Assembly: GCA_022813865.1 (NCBI GenBank)
Contig: JALDZX010000115.1
Span: 1 to 34,050 of the forward strand
Direction of reading: 5' to 3'
Length of the DNA stretch: 34,050 bases
Source of the DNA: Xylographa opegraphella
Lineage: Eukaryota
Part shown: piece after piece, positions 11,755-23,330 of the stretch
How the letters are laid out: each line of letters opens with the position of its first letter
Numbering within the stretch: the stretch's first letter is position 1
The notes under the pieces: model-generated
Database searches by the model: none
What the model saw: only the letters and a program-made list of their open reading frames with translations
What the model was told of the DNA's origin: nothing
Made by a program: the position numbers and the translations under genes

Positions 11755-12693
11755 GCTGAGACGTATCAAGGAAGAGACTCTCGTAGATTCACCAATACCC
11801 AATCGCTAATGCAGCACATACACAAGAAAGGTAATATTGTTGGAGCAGCTTCCGTACACCAAGATCGGAGGTGGGTTAAGTATACCCGGTTCACTGTGTG
11901 ACGCCGGGATTGACTTCTAGTTTGTGATATGTTGTACGAATATCCCCCGCCAGAACACTGCATAGCTCATCTGGACTCTGGACTCACGATTGTCCATCAT
12001 CTGAGTCTTGTCCTCATGAGACATTGACCCTCTACGAGAACTCTACGAGAACATAAATGTAGCATTATGGCGTGAGGAAGGGAATTGGTGATCATTATGG
12101 ATGTAACAGGTGCGCTTAGGAGGGATGCTGAGCTAGGGACTCTGACTAGGCCACATTTGACAGACTATCATCAGCTGAACCGGGGATTTGCATCTCTTCG
12201 ACTGTTATACTCCTTATAGTCAGCATACTTGGCGCTCTTACTCACACAGATGGTGAGTCTATTCAATTGAGCACATAATAGTAGCCATTCACAGATCGAG
12301 ATGCGGATATACCCTGTTCCGAGATCTTCCCAGCTCATGAAAAATACCATCAGGAACTCTGACGAGCTCCTGCTACAATACTGATCTTTGATAAGAGTTT
12401 TCGTCTATCATCTATGGCGCAACAATTTGAAACATGAAGCACGTTAACAGATCTGTGAACTTCTGCTTGACCACCCTTCACCCATGATCCAAGACTCGGT
12501 GCTGAGCGATAGATACCAATGTCATTCATGCCTCCCGGAGTATTGGCCTCCAAAAGCTCAAGAACTCTAAAGTTACCATGATATCGAACCCAACTAATAT
12601 TCCACACCTGTATGGATGAATATGCAGTACCGGAAATGGGTTAAGCTCCAACTGCTACCAATAAAAAAGCCAATTTTGATTCAAGCCCTGAAA

Positions 12694-13667
12694 TCACTCG
12701 ATACCGACCATCATTCTCTCTATCGAGTCAAGCTCAGCTCCGACGGCCTCTTTGTCGATAATGATTGAATTGATCAGGAGTATTTGGGGTCCGCGCCCCC
12801 GTATCCTGAATATCATCTCCACGCTCATTAATGTTCTGGTTCTGTAAGGCCGATCCAGCCCTCCTGGCATTCTCTTCTTCTTCGTGGCGTCTGTGAGAGC
12901 AGTTGGTCCAACAACGTTTCCCTTGGCTGTGTGGCCCACATACAGTACAATAGACCAGAGAGCAACATTGGCGATGTAGGGTCTTGAATGGTCCACGAGC
13001 TCGGCATCTGTTGCACCAAGGGACGACCGCTTCGATGTTCCTCGTTGGTACGATTCGTGAACTTGATGGTGGTGTCTGGAGACCTTGAGACCTTGAAGCT
13101 TTCCGGCGCACATTGGAGGACTGTTGGGTGCTTCGGCAGAGCGAAACGAGGAATTCGATTGTGGTTCACGAGCTCGTCCGTGATTACTACCTTAGCTCTT
13201 TCTCGACGTGTTCGTTCGAGACTCTATCTCGTGGCGCTCTTTTCTTTCTTCTGTTTGGTGAAACTCGGTATTTTCATAACTTGGTGGAGACGACTCGAGA
13301 GGAGAGAAATCGTTTCCCCAGCAGATCTGAAACGTATTGTCAGTATTGATAATTACGCAGTCAATGAAGAGTAGATTTGACCTTTGCATTTTACAGTCCC
13401 TTTCTTCTTTTTCTTCATCTTCTTCTTTGGCGGCAGAGGCACTGCAGTCATGATTTCCGATGTTATCTGCACGGGAGCTGGTGGAGGAGGGGGTATGGCT
13501 CGTTGGATAGTAATCTTCTGAGGTCGGTGGAACTTGAGCCTTGCCGCCCCGACAGGTACAGGAACACTCCCCATCTCGAGGACCCGATTACCGCTAGTGT
13601 CTATGAAGGTATAGACGATAGTGTTACACCCGATTGGTATGTCGTGAGTCCTTTCACAATCTGCCAT
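12694..13667 (-). other. Possible degenerate or orphan hypothetical gene (Pro/Lys-rich N-terminal part)
   Basis: ATG 13667 ORF with PPPPP and KKKMKKKKK tracts; CTGAC..CAG acceptor near 13328; ORFs 13192-13389 and 12694-13113 share a frame separated by one TAA. No family recognised. Confidence 0.25.
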
Positions 13668-15961
13668 AAATCTTAGCTGATGACGTAGAATAGAGTTGTG
13701 TAGGTAGAAATATAAGAAGTGAGGAAGAAAGAGTGAGGGTTTTGTTTTAAAGTGGAATTCAGGCGTCCTGTAGCTTTGTATGTGCAGCAAGCAAGCAAGA
13801 TATTGTACGCGTTACGGACGTGTATATCGGTTGGCGTACCCTCGAGGATTAAATGCATCTATTACAGATGAAATCTGCACGGGGCTGCAAATACCCGTAA
13901 TCTTGGTCAAGGTACTGAAAGACCGTATCGTGTGCGTTGGGCCATATACGAGCAATGAAGCGGATACCAGCATCGACTCCGACCCTTGACCCAGCTTGAA
14001 ATTGTTTGACATTGGAGAAGTCTGTGGGTCATCCCTGTTCTGCGCACCATGTCTATCTTAGTATTATTGAGAATGTTGATATACCGATGGGCAATTCATG
14101 TTATCTTTAGGACACATGCGGACAGGAATGGTTGACTGATGGAAGTGACAATTTTGAGATTGGCATTTCGAGAATATAACCAATTGAATTGCTACTCGTG
14201 ACTAGCTTGGCCCGTCAGAATAGTGAGCCTCTCTGAGATGCAGTAGACTAGATTGATTCACATAACGAGCTTCATCTGGCTTTACATGTAGACGCTTTCT
14301 CTTCCACTGTAAAGGCCTACAATCCTCCTTTTTGCTTGTCTTCCCGCTGTTCTTCAATATCCTCCTCGAGGATGACTAGGGAGTGGTTGTACTCGATATG
14401 GGAGCCTTGAGTCGCGGGGTGCACTATTCTCGGGTGATTTGCGATTGTCTCGAGATCTGAAGATATCCGTATCGTTACTACCTAAAACTTGTAGAACCGG
14501 AACTTGGGCAGAGTGTTTACTGTACCATACAAATCCTCGGCCAGCGATCCACCATCGCTCACCAAGGTAACTGCATACAAACAGATTGCAGAGTCTTCGT
14601 ATATATGACGATTCGGAGATGCTAGTGGTCGTGAGGAATTTCGGTCTGATATCACGTCGATAATTAGGGTGACCCGGTATTGCAGGCATCGTTGGAAAAC
14701 GCGGAAGAACTATTACCACCTTGAGGCTTTCCTGCCTGCTTTCTTGGCCTAGCATTGATGGACTCAAGAGAGAATAGAGTGAAATAAATAACAACTGAGA
14801 CTACAGAGTGGCTAGTAACATTCTTGAAGTTTTGTTTTGAGTCCGTGTCTCGAAGTCGAAATCCATGCTTAATACTGCCCTGTACGACTGTTGAAACAGG
14901 ATTGGCGGACTAAGCAACGAATCGTTCCATATCAAGCAGTACTCGCGGAAATTTTAAAGAATGTACATCAAAGTTGATCAACAGGAATAAGTGGTCTTCA
15001 TTTTAGAATCATCACAACACGTTGTGAATAGTTAGTTATAGCTAAGGAAGACCAACCACAATCTTTTGGTTCGTGGTACTGGTAACGCGCGTCCGTTGTT
15101 AATCAATTCAACCAGTACTTATTCCCTTCCAAAGATTCTGAGTGCCGACAAACCACTCTTGTCGAGACTGCCAGTAACTTTGTCATCAAGACAGGTAGAG
15201 ACAAGGACATCTGGATTTGCCATGGACGTACTCCGTTTATCTCCACTGATATGCCTTGAAAGCCACTAATCGAGCAAGTACCGGTCAAGCCGTACGGCAA
15301 CCAATGGAAAGACGCCAAGAACCGGGGTGTTTACAGTAGCGACCTAGGAACCTGACAACATATGGTAGGTAGCCCAAGTAAGAGGCAAGACTTTGAGATT
15401 ACCGAACGATCTATCACGGGAGATGAAGAACGTACTAATGCTTGTCGTGTTATATTTTCCTCTTTGGTAGGATCTGGTATTGAAATCATTCGTGCCTATC
15501 GATGTTAAAATTCCGAGGATCAGGAGAGGTATCTTATGGTCTTGAGGTCGATCCTGGCTCTAGTGATTCAACTGTACCGCTTACCACTCATATCGAAGCC
15601 AGAAAAGGGACAATTGTGGCTGATCCAAGTGCGGTGTTCCGACTCCTGAGTCACCAAGGGTTGGATGTCGAGATGTGAGGAGCAAGCCTGTTCAACAATG
15701 TTTTCGTGCTTCGATTTGATAGTTTTACTTATCAGTGGCCGGTCAACTCAGGCTTTGTATGCAGTGAATTTGTAATTCCGTTTCTGAGTTAGACCCGCTT
15801 CGTGATGGTGTCAAGTTCTCAACATCAAATCCAAGTTACACATAATACATGTTTGGAAGAGGATCACATCCATTGACGCAGTCCGAGTCCGAGGAACGTC
15901 TCTTTTGCAGACATGCAGCTCTTCGATCAGGTTCTGGTGATTCAGTATTCGCGGAATTTGC

Positions 15962-17060
15962 TTAGCATGTCCCACGGATCTTGCTGAAAATAGATACCCC
16001 ATGAATACCGAGGGCTGTCCCAACTGCCACAACAGATGCACCCGCATTCTTCATCCTTTCAAATCCGGCACTATCGGCTACTCCACCTACACCAATAATA
16101 TTGATATCTTTCAAACTTGTATGCGTGTCAAGCATTCGTCGAATGATTCGCACATTGCCTAAAGCCAGAGGATGCAAAGCAGCTCCTGTCACCCGAACTA
16201 ATTAGCGATTTGGAAGATCATTGAATTGGACGTACGTCTTCAAGAAAATATATGGCCATCTAAAGTGATTCCATGAATCCGTGGGGAATCAACATACCAG
16301 CAAGACCTCCTATTCCCAGTCCACTGGCGGAATTGATGGCTTTCTCATTAGGAAACACACCAGGCACAAAACAGCTCCCCAAGGTGTTCGTGGCCGTAAT
16401 GAATGAAATGGGACACTTTCCGCCCAAACTGCCGTCAAGAAGAGCACCGACCAGATCGTCGAACTGGGCTTGATAAGTATATGGAGGGGTTTTGATCCCT
16501 ATTGGCATCTCAAGTCTCCTTGTTTGCAGTGCTGTTAGGTATGAAAGTATGCCTTCCTTCGAGTAGGCGGGCGGTGGCTTGTTCACAATGTTCGGACACG
16601 AGAGGTTCACCTCCATCATCCACGTAGAAGTTCCCTTGTTGGCTCGAGATTGTAGCAATTGGCCACACTTCACAACTTCAGCCGCAGTACCTGTAATAGA
16701 AAATATGATTGGCTTGTGTTTGTGTATGTTATCGTGAACTGCGCGCTTTTCGATCCTCTGGACTATCTCGATGTAGGATTCGAGCGAAATAGGACTGTAA
16801 CCAAGAGTATTCAAGCTCGATGTCTCATTCGTATTTGTTCTTACCCCTTTTGCAAGGGAGGACTCATTTTCGAATGACATGGAATCTGTGTCGACAAAGC
16901 AGTACTGGTGAATTGTATTATCATGGGCGAAACCATTGAGAAGGCTTGTGCGTATCGTTATAGCACCCGTGGCTGGGCATCGATATAATGCATCGAGATC
17001 CTCTTCTGTGGTCGCCCAAACATTGGCCGAGTTCAGCAACGGAGGATCGATAAACGCCAT
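15962..17060 (-). CDS. Class 1 (URA1/PyrD-like, cytosolic) dihydroorotate dehydrogenase-family FMN protein, probably dihydrouracil-oxidase type, ~328 aa; exons 17060-16298, 16185-15962
   Basis: PPLLNSA, catalytic-Cys loop EVNLSCPN, IGIKTPPY, ATNTLG, GGLAG, IIGVGGV, VGTALG; no N-terminal targeting or membrane anchor of class 2; 112-nt GTATGT..CTAAT..CAG intron restores the frame. Confidence 0.92.
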
Positions 17061-17351
17061 AATAATATGATACGGAGTAATTGTAGTACTTCATACCTTA
17101 CTGCATAAGAAAGCTACCCCGCCGAGCCCGCCATATACGCCAGAGCTCGAGCTGTGTTTGTCAGCAGAATCCGGCCGATCGGGGCACATTGTCCGGGCAA
17201 CGTCATTTGGTGATAGGTTGCATCCTTGAAACGCGCAACACGAAATCTGTAGCCCTTCAGCTCCGCGTCCAACTTGTCTATGGCCAGTGGAACATCTCAG
17301 ACATCTTTGCCACTGATTGATTAACCGGTATCACTTGACACTCTTTTCACA

Positions 17352-18137
17352 ATGCCTGCTCCCCGCCGGAAATCAGGCAATGCTGCTTCCACAGCACGCT
17401 CACAACAACCGCTCTCCTTCCACGTCCGGTCAAACAAGATCACCAAGCCTTCAGTCTCAGCAGCTGCGAAAAGCCTCGATAAAGCCGACGCAAAGAAGCT
17501 TATAGAAGCGGCGGAAACAGCCAGTCCTTCGCCTGCAGCCGAAGAAGCCGATGTGCAGATCGAGGAGGAGCCAACGACAGCCGAGCTAGCAATCAGATCA
17601 CAAGTGGAGGCGGAGAAGAAGGAGAGGACGGATGCTGAAGTCAGAGCATCCAAGATTACGGATGCGCAGGTGAAACGGTACTGGAAGAAGAAGGAGGACG
17701 AGAGGAAGGCGCCGAGAGGTAGGTTTCAGAAGCTTCGTACAAATGAGCAGAATGACAACATATCTATGACGATCGGAAGAGTGGTCCTTTGGCTGACTCA
17801 AATGCTAACAACTACTATCTGTATAGTTCACCAACAAGGCCTCTCAGTCGAAGAGAAAGTCCTACGAGAATTTGATCTCTCCTCCCAATTCGGGGTATGT
17901 AGCAGATCTACGCCTCAATAAATACCCTCTGACCAAATATACCGGGCACTGCTGACACAATCGCAGCCCTGTGTAGGGATCGCACGCACAAAAAGATGGA
18001 AGCGCGCAGAAGCACTTGGCCTGCAACCACCGCTGGAAGTCCTCGCCGTGCTGCTGAAGGCGGAGAACAAAAACTCGATACAAGTGCAACGAGCATACAT
18101 GGATGAGCTGATTGCATCGAAGTTCATCACGAGTTGA
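17352..18137 (+). CDS. POLD4: DNA polymerase delta subunit 4 (p12/Cdm1), ~201 aa; exons 17352-17718, 17827-17894, 17967-18137
   Basis: Spliced C-terminus LREFDLSSQFGPCVGIARTKRWKRAEALGLQPPLEV matches the POLD4 signature; N-terminal QQPLSF PIP-like motif; 606 nt in frame. Confidence 0.92.
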
Positions 18138-19191
18138 GAGTGTCCTTATTGCCACTGTAGAGTACTGGATAGGAGTATCATCGCGCCTGGGAGTCAAGGC
18201 TTGCAAATTGGGGGTTGGAAGGCAATAAAACACAGCAAGTTGGGACGGGTTGGCGTTTGGATTGGAAAGGCATAGGGTTATTTATACTACCTCAAGCTTC
18301 AGTGTGAATACAGGCTTTCGAAATACACATCCGAACCGTTTTCACTGCTACGGAAGCTGCCAAAATTTACAAGCAGATCTGACCGCTCTAGCCTTCAGGA
18401 CAGCCTCACGTCCAATTCCCCAAACCTATCCTTCTTCGCAAATCCTTCGTGATTCTTGCCCACAGCGCAACCTCGGAGCCTGCTGCACCGCGGTTTTTTC
18501 TTCCTGGGAATCTGCTTCCATAAAGCCAGCTTGCCCGTCCACGAATCCGCTTCTCCCAAAACCACCCCAAGACTCTTCGATGCCCCTTCAAAGCTCATCC
18601 GCAACTTGACCCGCGGAATGCATGGCACCGCATGTGGTAGGTAAGATCTTTGTTGTATGCTGTATGGAGGTAATAATTTGCCTTCAAGCGCTAGGTATGG
18701 TAAGTTCTCCTATGCGTAAAGTATTCAGGATGTGGTATGCCTCGCAAGTGATACCAAGTTATCAAGACCAGTCGTGGCGGGTGGGCAGGTTGGAGTAGTG
18801 GGCAGGCACATCAATCGAACCCACTTCCGGTGGTGTGGGTAAGGTATCTATCTGAACAAGCGTGCAAGCTCAGTTATGCGTGTGCGAAAGGCGACGCGGT
18901 GGGAGTGGTACTCGCATTGTGTGGCGAGAACGGAGGACTCAGATTCAGGAAACTCTTAGCGAGCGGATGATGATCTTACGATTGCACAGTCGCAGCATGC
19001 CACAGCGATCTCAGTGGTGAGAGAAACTCGAACGCGGGGGTATCTGATCGCCAAGCAGTCTAGACAGATTAGGGTATAAACGGAACGAAGCACGAGGTAT
19101 AGTATCCAATCCTCTCCGTATGAGCCAATATTAACACACTCCGACCGAACAACCCTCCCACCTCACTTCCCGATCTGCCCCAAAATGCTCC

Positions 19192-20802
19192 CTAATCCAA
19201 CTTGATCTCCGTCCTCGGATCTTGCAAACCCGCCGGCGCACCAATCTCCTGGCCCCTCTCATGCGGATCCCTGCCGTGCAGAATCTCGGACGGATTGCTC
19301 CCCTTCTCACTGTCGGTCTGCTCGCGGAAGTCGGCTCCCGTCTTGTTGTGGTGCTGATCGCGGACGCCGCCGCCGAGTAAGCTACGGTTGTAGTGGGCGA
19401 AGGTGTAGGGTTCCTCGCCGTGGATGGCGTAGTCGCCGACCTCGAGCATCTCGTCGGACATGCGCAGTGGGACGCGGCAGACGTACTTGATGAAGATCAT
19501 GATGAGAGACGTCCAGACGATGTTCCAGCCGATGATAAAGAGCGCGCCCACGATCTGGAGCCAGACTTGTTTGCCATTGCCGGCGATAGCGCCGCCAGGG
19601 TTGGTGATTCCGAATGAGGAGCAGCCTTCGGCGGTAGCCCAGAGACCTGGAAGGAAAAAAGTTAGTGTGAGTTAGAGGCGCACGTAGAAGCTGAACAAAC
19701 CTGTGCCGAAACCGCCAACGATGGCACCGACAAAGTGCGTGTGAAACACTTCCAGCGTGTCATCCACCTTGCGCATGAGTTCAGTACGGCCAAAAATGTT
19801 CATGGTGATCCAGGGGACAGTGCCCGAGCCAATTCCGAGGAGGATGGCGCCCCAGCCAGCGACGACACCGGCGGCAGGAGTGATGGCCACCAGACCAGTG
19901 ATCATGCCCTGGATGGCGCCGATGACGGACGGCCGCTTGAAGAAGATCATGTCCATGGTGACCCAGGTGAGCAGGCTCATGGCCGTGCAGATGTTGGTGT
20001 TCAAAACGGCAACTCCGGCGTCGGGACTGGCGGAATAAGGATCTCCTCCGTTGAAGCCGTTCCAGCCCGTCCAGAGGATACCAGCTCCGACCAGCATGAG
20101 CGTGATATTACTGGGTTTCGCATCAACGCGGTCGATGTCCAATCGAGGACCGATCCACCACGCACCCACAAAACCCGCGGTACCCGACGACAGGTGGATA
20201 ACGTATCCGCCCGAGTAGTCGATCACGCCCATCTGAAAGAGAAAGCCACCGCCCCAAATGCTGAAGGCTCCGATGGCGTAGGAGAAAGTGATCCACAGCG
20301 GGACGAAGATCATCCAGGCAGCGAAGTTCATGCGGCCGAGGAAAGAGCCGGCGATGAGGATGATGGTGATGGCGGCGAAAACGAACTGGAAATAGACCAT
20401 CGTCGCTTGCGGGAATTGCTGGGAGAGACCGGTAGCGGGCAGGGACGATTGCGCCAGCTGGTAGTTGATATCGACCGCGATATTCGGATAGCCGACCAGC
20501 GGCAGCATCTGCGTGCCGAACCCCATGCGGTAGGCCCACAGGACCCAGCAGATGAGGGTGGCGGCGAAGGCGTAGAAGGCCATGAAGGCCGAGTTGATGG
20601 ACCACTTGTGTTTCATCCATCCGGCGTACAGCACCACCAGGCCCGGGATGCTCTGGAGTCCGACCAGCGTGCCGGCCGTCAACTGCCACGCATTCTGGCC
20701 CGGATTCCACCAGTCCAACGGCTGCTGCAGGTAGGTGCTGTTGTAGGGAGTCCACCCAGGGCCGGAGCCCATGGGGTCGTACACTGGCGGGCCATAAGAC
20801 AT
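19192..20802 (-). CDS. Ammonium transporter (Amt/Mep family, MEP-alpha/plant AMT2-like), ~518 aa; exons 20802-19701, 19646-19192
   Basis: Many hydrophobic helices, [52 protein letters not shown] (twin His), IHGEE; one 54-nt GT-AG intron with CTAAC branch. Confidence 0.96.
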
Positions 20803-20882
20803 GATGCTGGCGGGGGAGTGGTGAAGCAAATGCAGGAGCGACGGGTGAACGACGCGTAAGGGAGTGGGCGGGGCCGTGAAGC

Positions 20883-21432
20883 TATATAATTGGAAAGCAG
20901 ATGGACGTTTCTTGGCCGGAGCAAGCCCGATCACGGCGAGAAGGATGGAAGAAATGAGGTGGGTAGCAGTTCGCGTGGAGCTGCCAATGAGAAGGTCCAG
21001 CGCCTGCGTCTTTCCACGACCAGGGAGACGGGATGCATCCTCTGGCACCCTCTGGGCACGATTTGGCTCATTTTCGCTGTATGGTGGTGTGGGGGGTGGT
21101 GGAAGGGTGGATCGCGTGCCTTTGCAGGCAATTGGGTGTTGATGGTGCATATCCATAGCAGCGATGCTCCCGTGGGGGAAGATACGAAGCGTGGCACTTT
21201 CGACCAGTGAGAGGGCAGAGCCTTATCAAGGCACCGCGCTGGGGGGGCCCGTATACAGAACGGAAGCGGTTTAGGGCCATGCTCCGCGGGTGGGCCATTC
21301 ACGGCTTCACGCACACGTTTGCGACTGATGATGCATCAAACTTGCCGCAGGTACAGCGAAAGAGCAGAGATAAGGTACCTTAGGGTCTCAACAGCTGCCA
21401 AGCAGCAAGGATATGGCGAGTCGAAAGATAAG
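20883..21432 (-). promoter_or_regulatory. Ammonium transporter promoter: TATA element and clustered GATA (AreA/Nit2-type) sites
   Basis: TATATA at 20883-20888, ~80 nt upstream of the ATG; CTTATC 21222-21227, GATAAG 21369-21374, GATAAG 21427-21432. Confidence 0.6.
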
Positions 21433-23114
21433 GAACGCTCCGCCAAGCCTCGTTAGCGAGCCGATAGTCGAGTTGGACGTTGCCAGAGCCAATCAGCGGC
21501 TGGCTTTTGCGCCACAGAGATACACGAACGAGTCTGATGCGGATTTGTCACCGGGCCGAACAAAGGCAGACAAGGCAGAAGCAAAAGAAAGGAGTCGAGC
21601 CGTTGGTGGGTGGCTCCTTCGGCCCGATGTCTGCCGGCAGATGCGCTAGGCCAGCTATCTGCATCCCAGCCAGCCAATCAGAGCACGGCCGAGTCACGAC
21701 AGAATCTCCGTAGTGAAATCTCATCTATCGCCGTGGTAGTGGTCAGCACCGATTTACGTACCGCTAACAGTAATCTGTTTCCGGGTTACGAGATAATGCT
21801 GGGGTCACTGGTCGAGAACCTGTGGGTGTCCGACGTGTGTAACACTATTCCGCCAAGCTTCTCTGCTGCGAGGAGGGTGACGCGAGTGGTGGCAAGATTG
21901 TTGACAAGTTCTCGGAATACCGTCAACAAACCACACACGCTGCTTGGTGCTGCATAATTACAGACGTCTCCCATGACCAGTATGATGATGACGATCGACC
22001 CGGGAGCAGGGACGAAACCCAGATACCAGGTTCGATACGCGGCTACATCTGCACGGTAGGGATGCCCTTCCGTCCATCGTGCCCATGTCACCAGATCTAG
22101 GTGGGCAGGTCCTCACCATATCTGCTCAGGTGTGACAAGATCCGTCCGATCTAGCACCGGGAAAGCAAGACACCATCAGGGAAGACATGGGCAACCGGCC
22201 AGCCTTCCCGAGCCGCAGGGCCCACGGCGTTGGGACACGGCATATATCAAGGGCATATGAGCTTTGTTCTACTGTCCAAGACGACAAGACTTTCGACGGC
22301 AACTTCAAGCACTTTCAACTTGGAGGTGGCTCTGCTTGACGTAAAACCAAGCGCCAGCATGCATTACCAGGTCTTTCTTCGAGGACGTCCCTCGAACTCT
22401 CAACCAAATCGCCCTTTCCTGTTGTTGAAAGATTTTGCAGGTGTAAGGCCGGCTCCAACAGAACCGTCTGTCAACTGCCTCCGACGCTAAACGACCACTG
22501 GTTGACAGCATGTCGAATGGCTCCACCGTCACTCTTGATACAGCATTAATTAGTGGAGAAAATATCGACGCATCACCAGCCGTCTTATGCAACAGCAACT
22601 CACCGGTAAACCGCGAGAGCAGCCAAGAATCTCCAACGCGAGACGTTGACACTATCACAATTATTCTAGGTGAATGTCAAGTCTGATGTTACAATCCACA
22701 TGTAGTATGTTTCCAGCAGAGTTCAGTAAGCTACTGCCCGTCGAAGTCGCTTGTAGACAATCAATGTCATACGTGTGTTACTACAGCTGTACTTGGTACT
22801 GGGTAACTACTTCCCTACATCGACTACGATAATCGGTCCCATTAAAATTAACTTTCTTGTTTCAACAAGGTATCGAATCCTGCATATTGAACTTCAGGTC
22901 CCAAGAATCCTCGTTAGCCATCAACTTCCATAACCATTGGAAAACTCCAAGAACATCTTAATTAATACTTATGACTGGCTAAACCCGCCATCACAATAAG
23001 CACCTCTCCCCGACTTATATATATCCATCTCCCCAAGAACAGGGTCGAGAACCTCGCTCCGTCGAAAGATCCGAGAAGCATACCCAACCGGCTTCGTTCC
23101 AGACGAGTCCGAGC

Positions 23115-23330
23115 TCAACGGATGCCTTGCTCCAACCCTGCGCGGCGAAGCTGCTCTCTGCGCTCGCGCGCGCGCCGTTTGCAACCCGGGCATTGCTGGT
23201 ATATGCGCATGACAATATCCTCTCGGTAAGGACATCTCCTTCCCCCGTGACCGCCATAGCACTGCTTGACGCACACGGTGGAATGGACGGCTTCGCAGCA
23301 CGCCCAAAGCAAGGTCTCGTACTCACACAT
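23115..23330 (-). CDS. Small Cys-rich hypothetical protein (71 aa)
   Basis: Ideal GCCACC-ATG context, C/A-rich leader, MCEY...CC...C...C...C...CPGC followed by an Arg/Glu-rich tail. Confidence 0.45.
   Translation of the reverse strand: MCEYETLLWACCEAVHSTVCVKQCYGGHGGRRCPYREDIVMRIYQQCPGCKRRARERREQLRRAGLEQGIR

Noticed and set aside
12030..12051. 11-bp tandem duplication CTCTACGAGAA x2
   Set aside because: Could be slippage or an excision footprint, but there is no other transposon evidence
14354..14794. 146-aa minus-strand ORF
   Set aside because: No recognisable family, non-ATG start, no supporting splice structure
19735..20859. 374-aa plus-strand ORF
   Set aside because: Antisense shadow of the GC-rich ammonium transporter; no independent motifs
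20803..21156. N-terminal extension of the transporter ORF (ATG 21156)
   Set aside because: Not homologous-looking, and a TATA element at ~20885 lies inside it; ATG 20802 is more plausible
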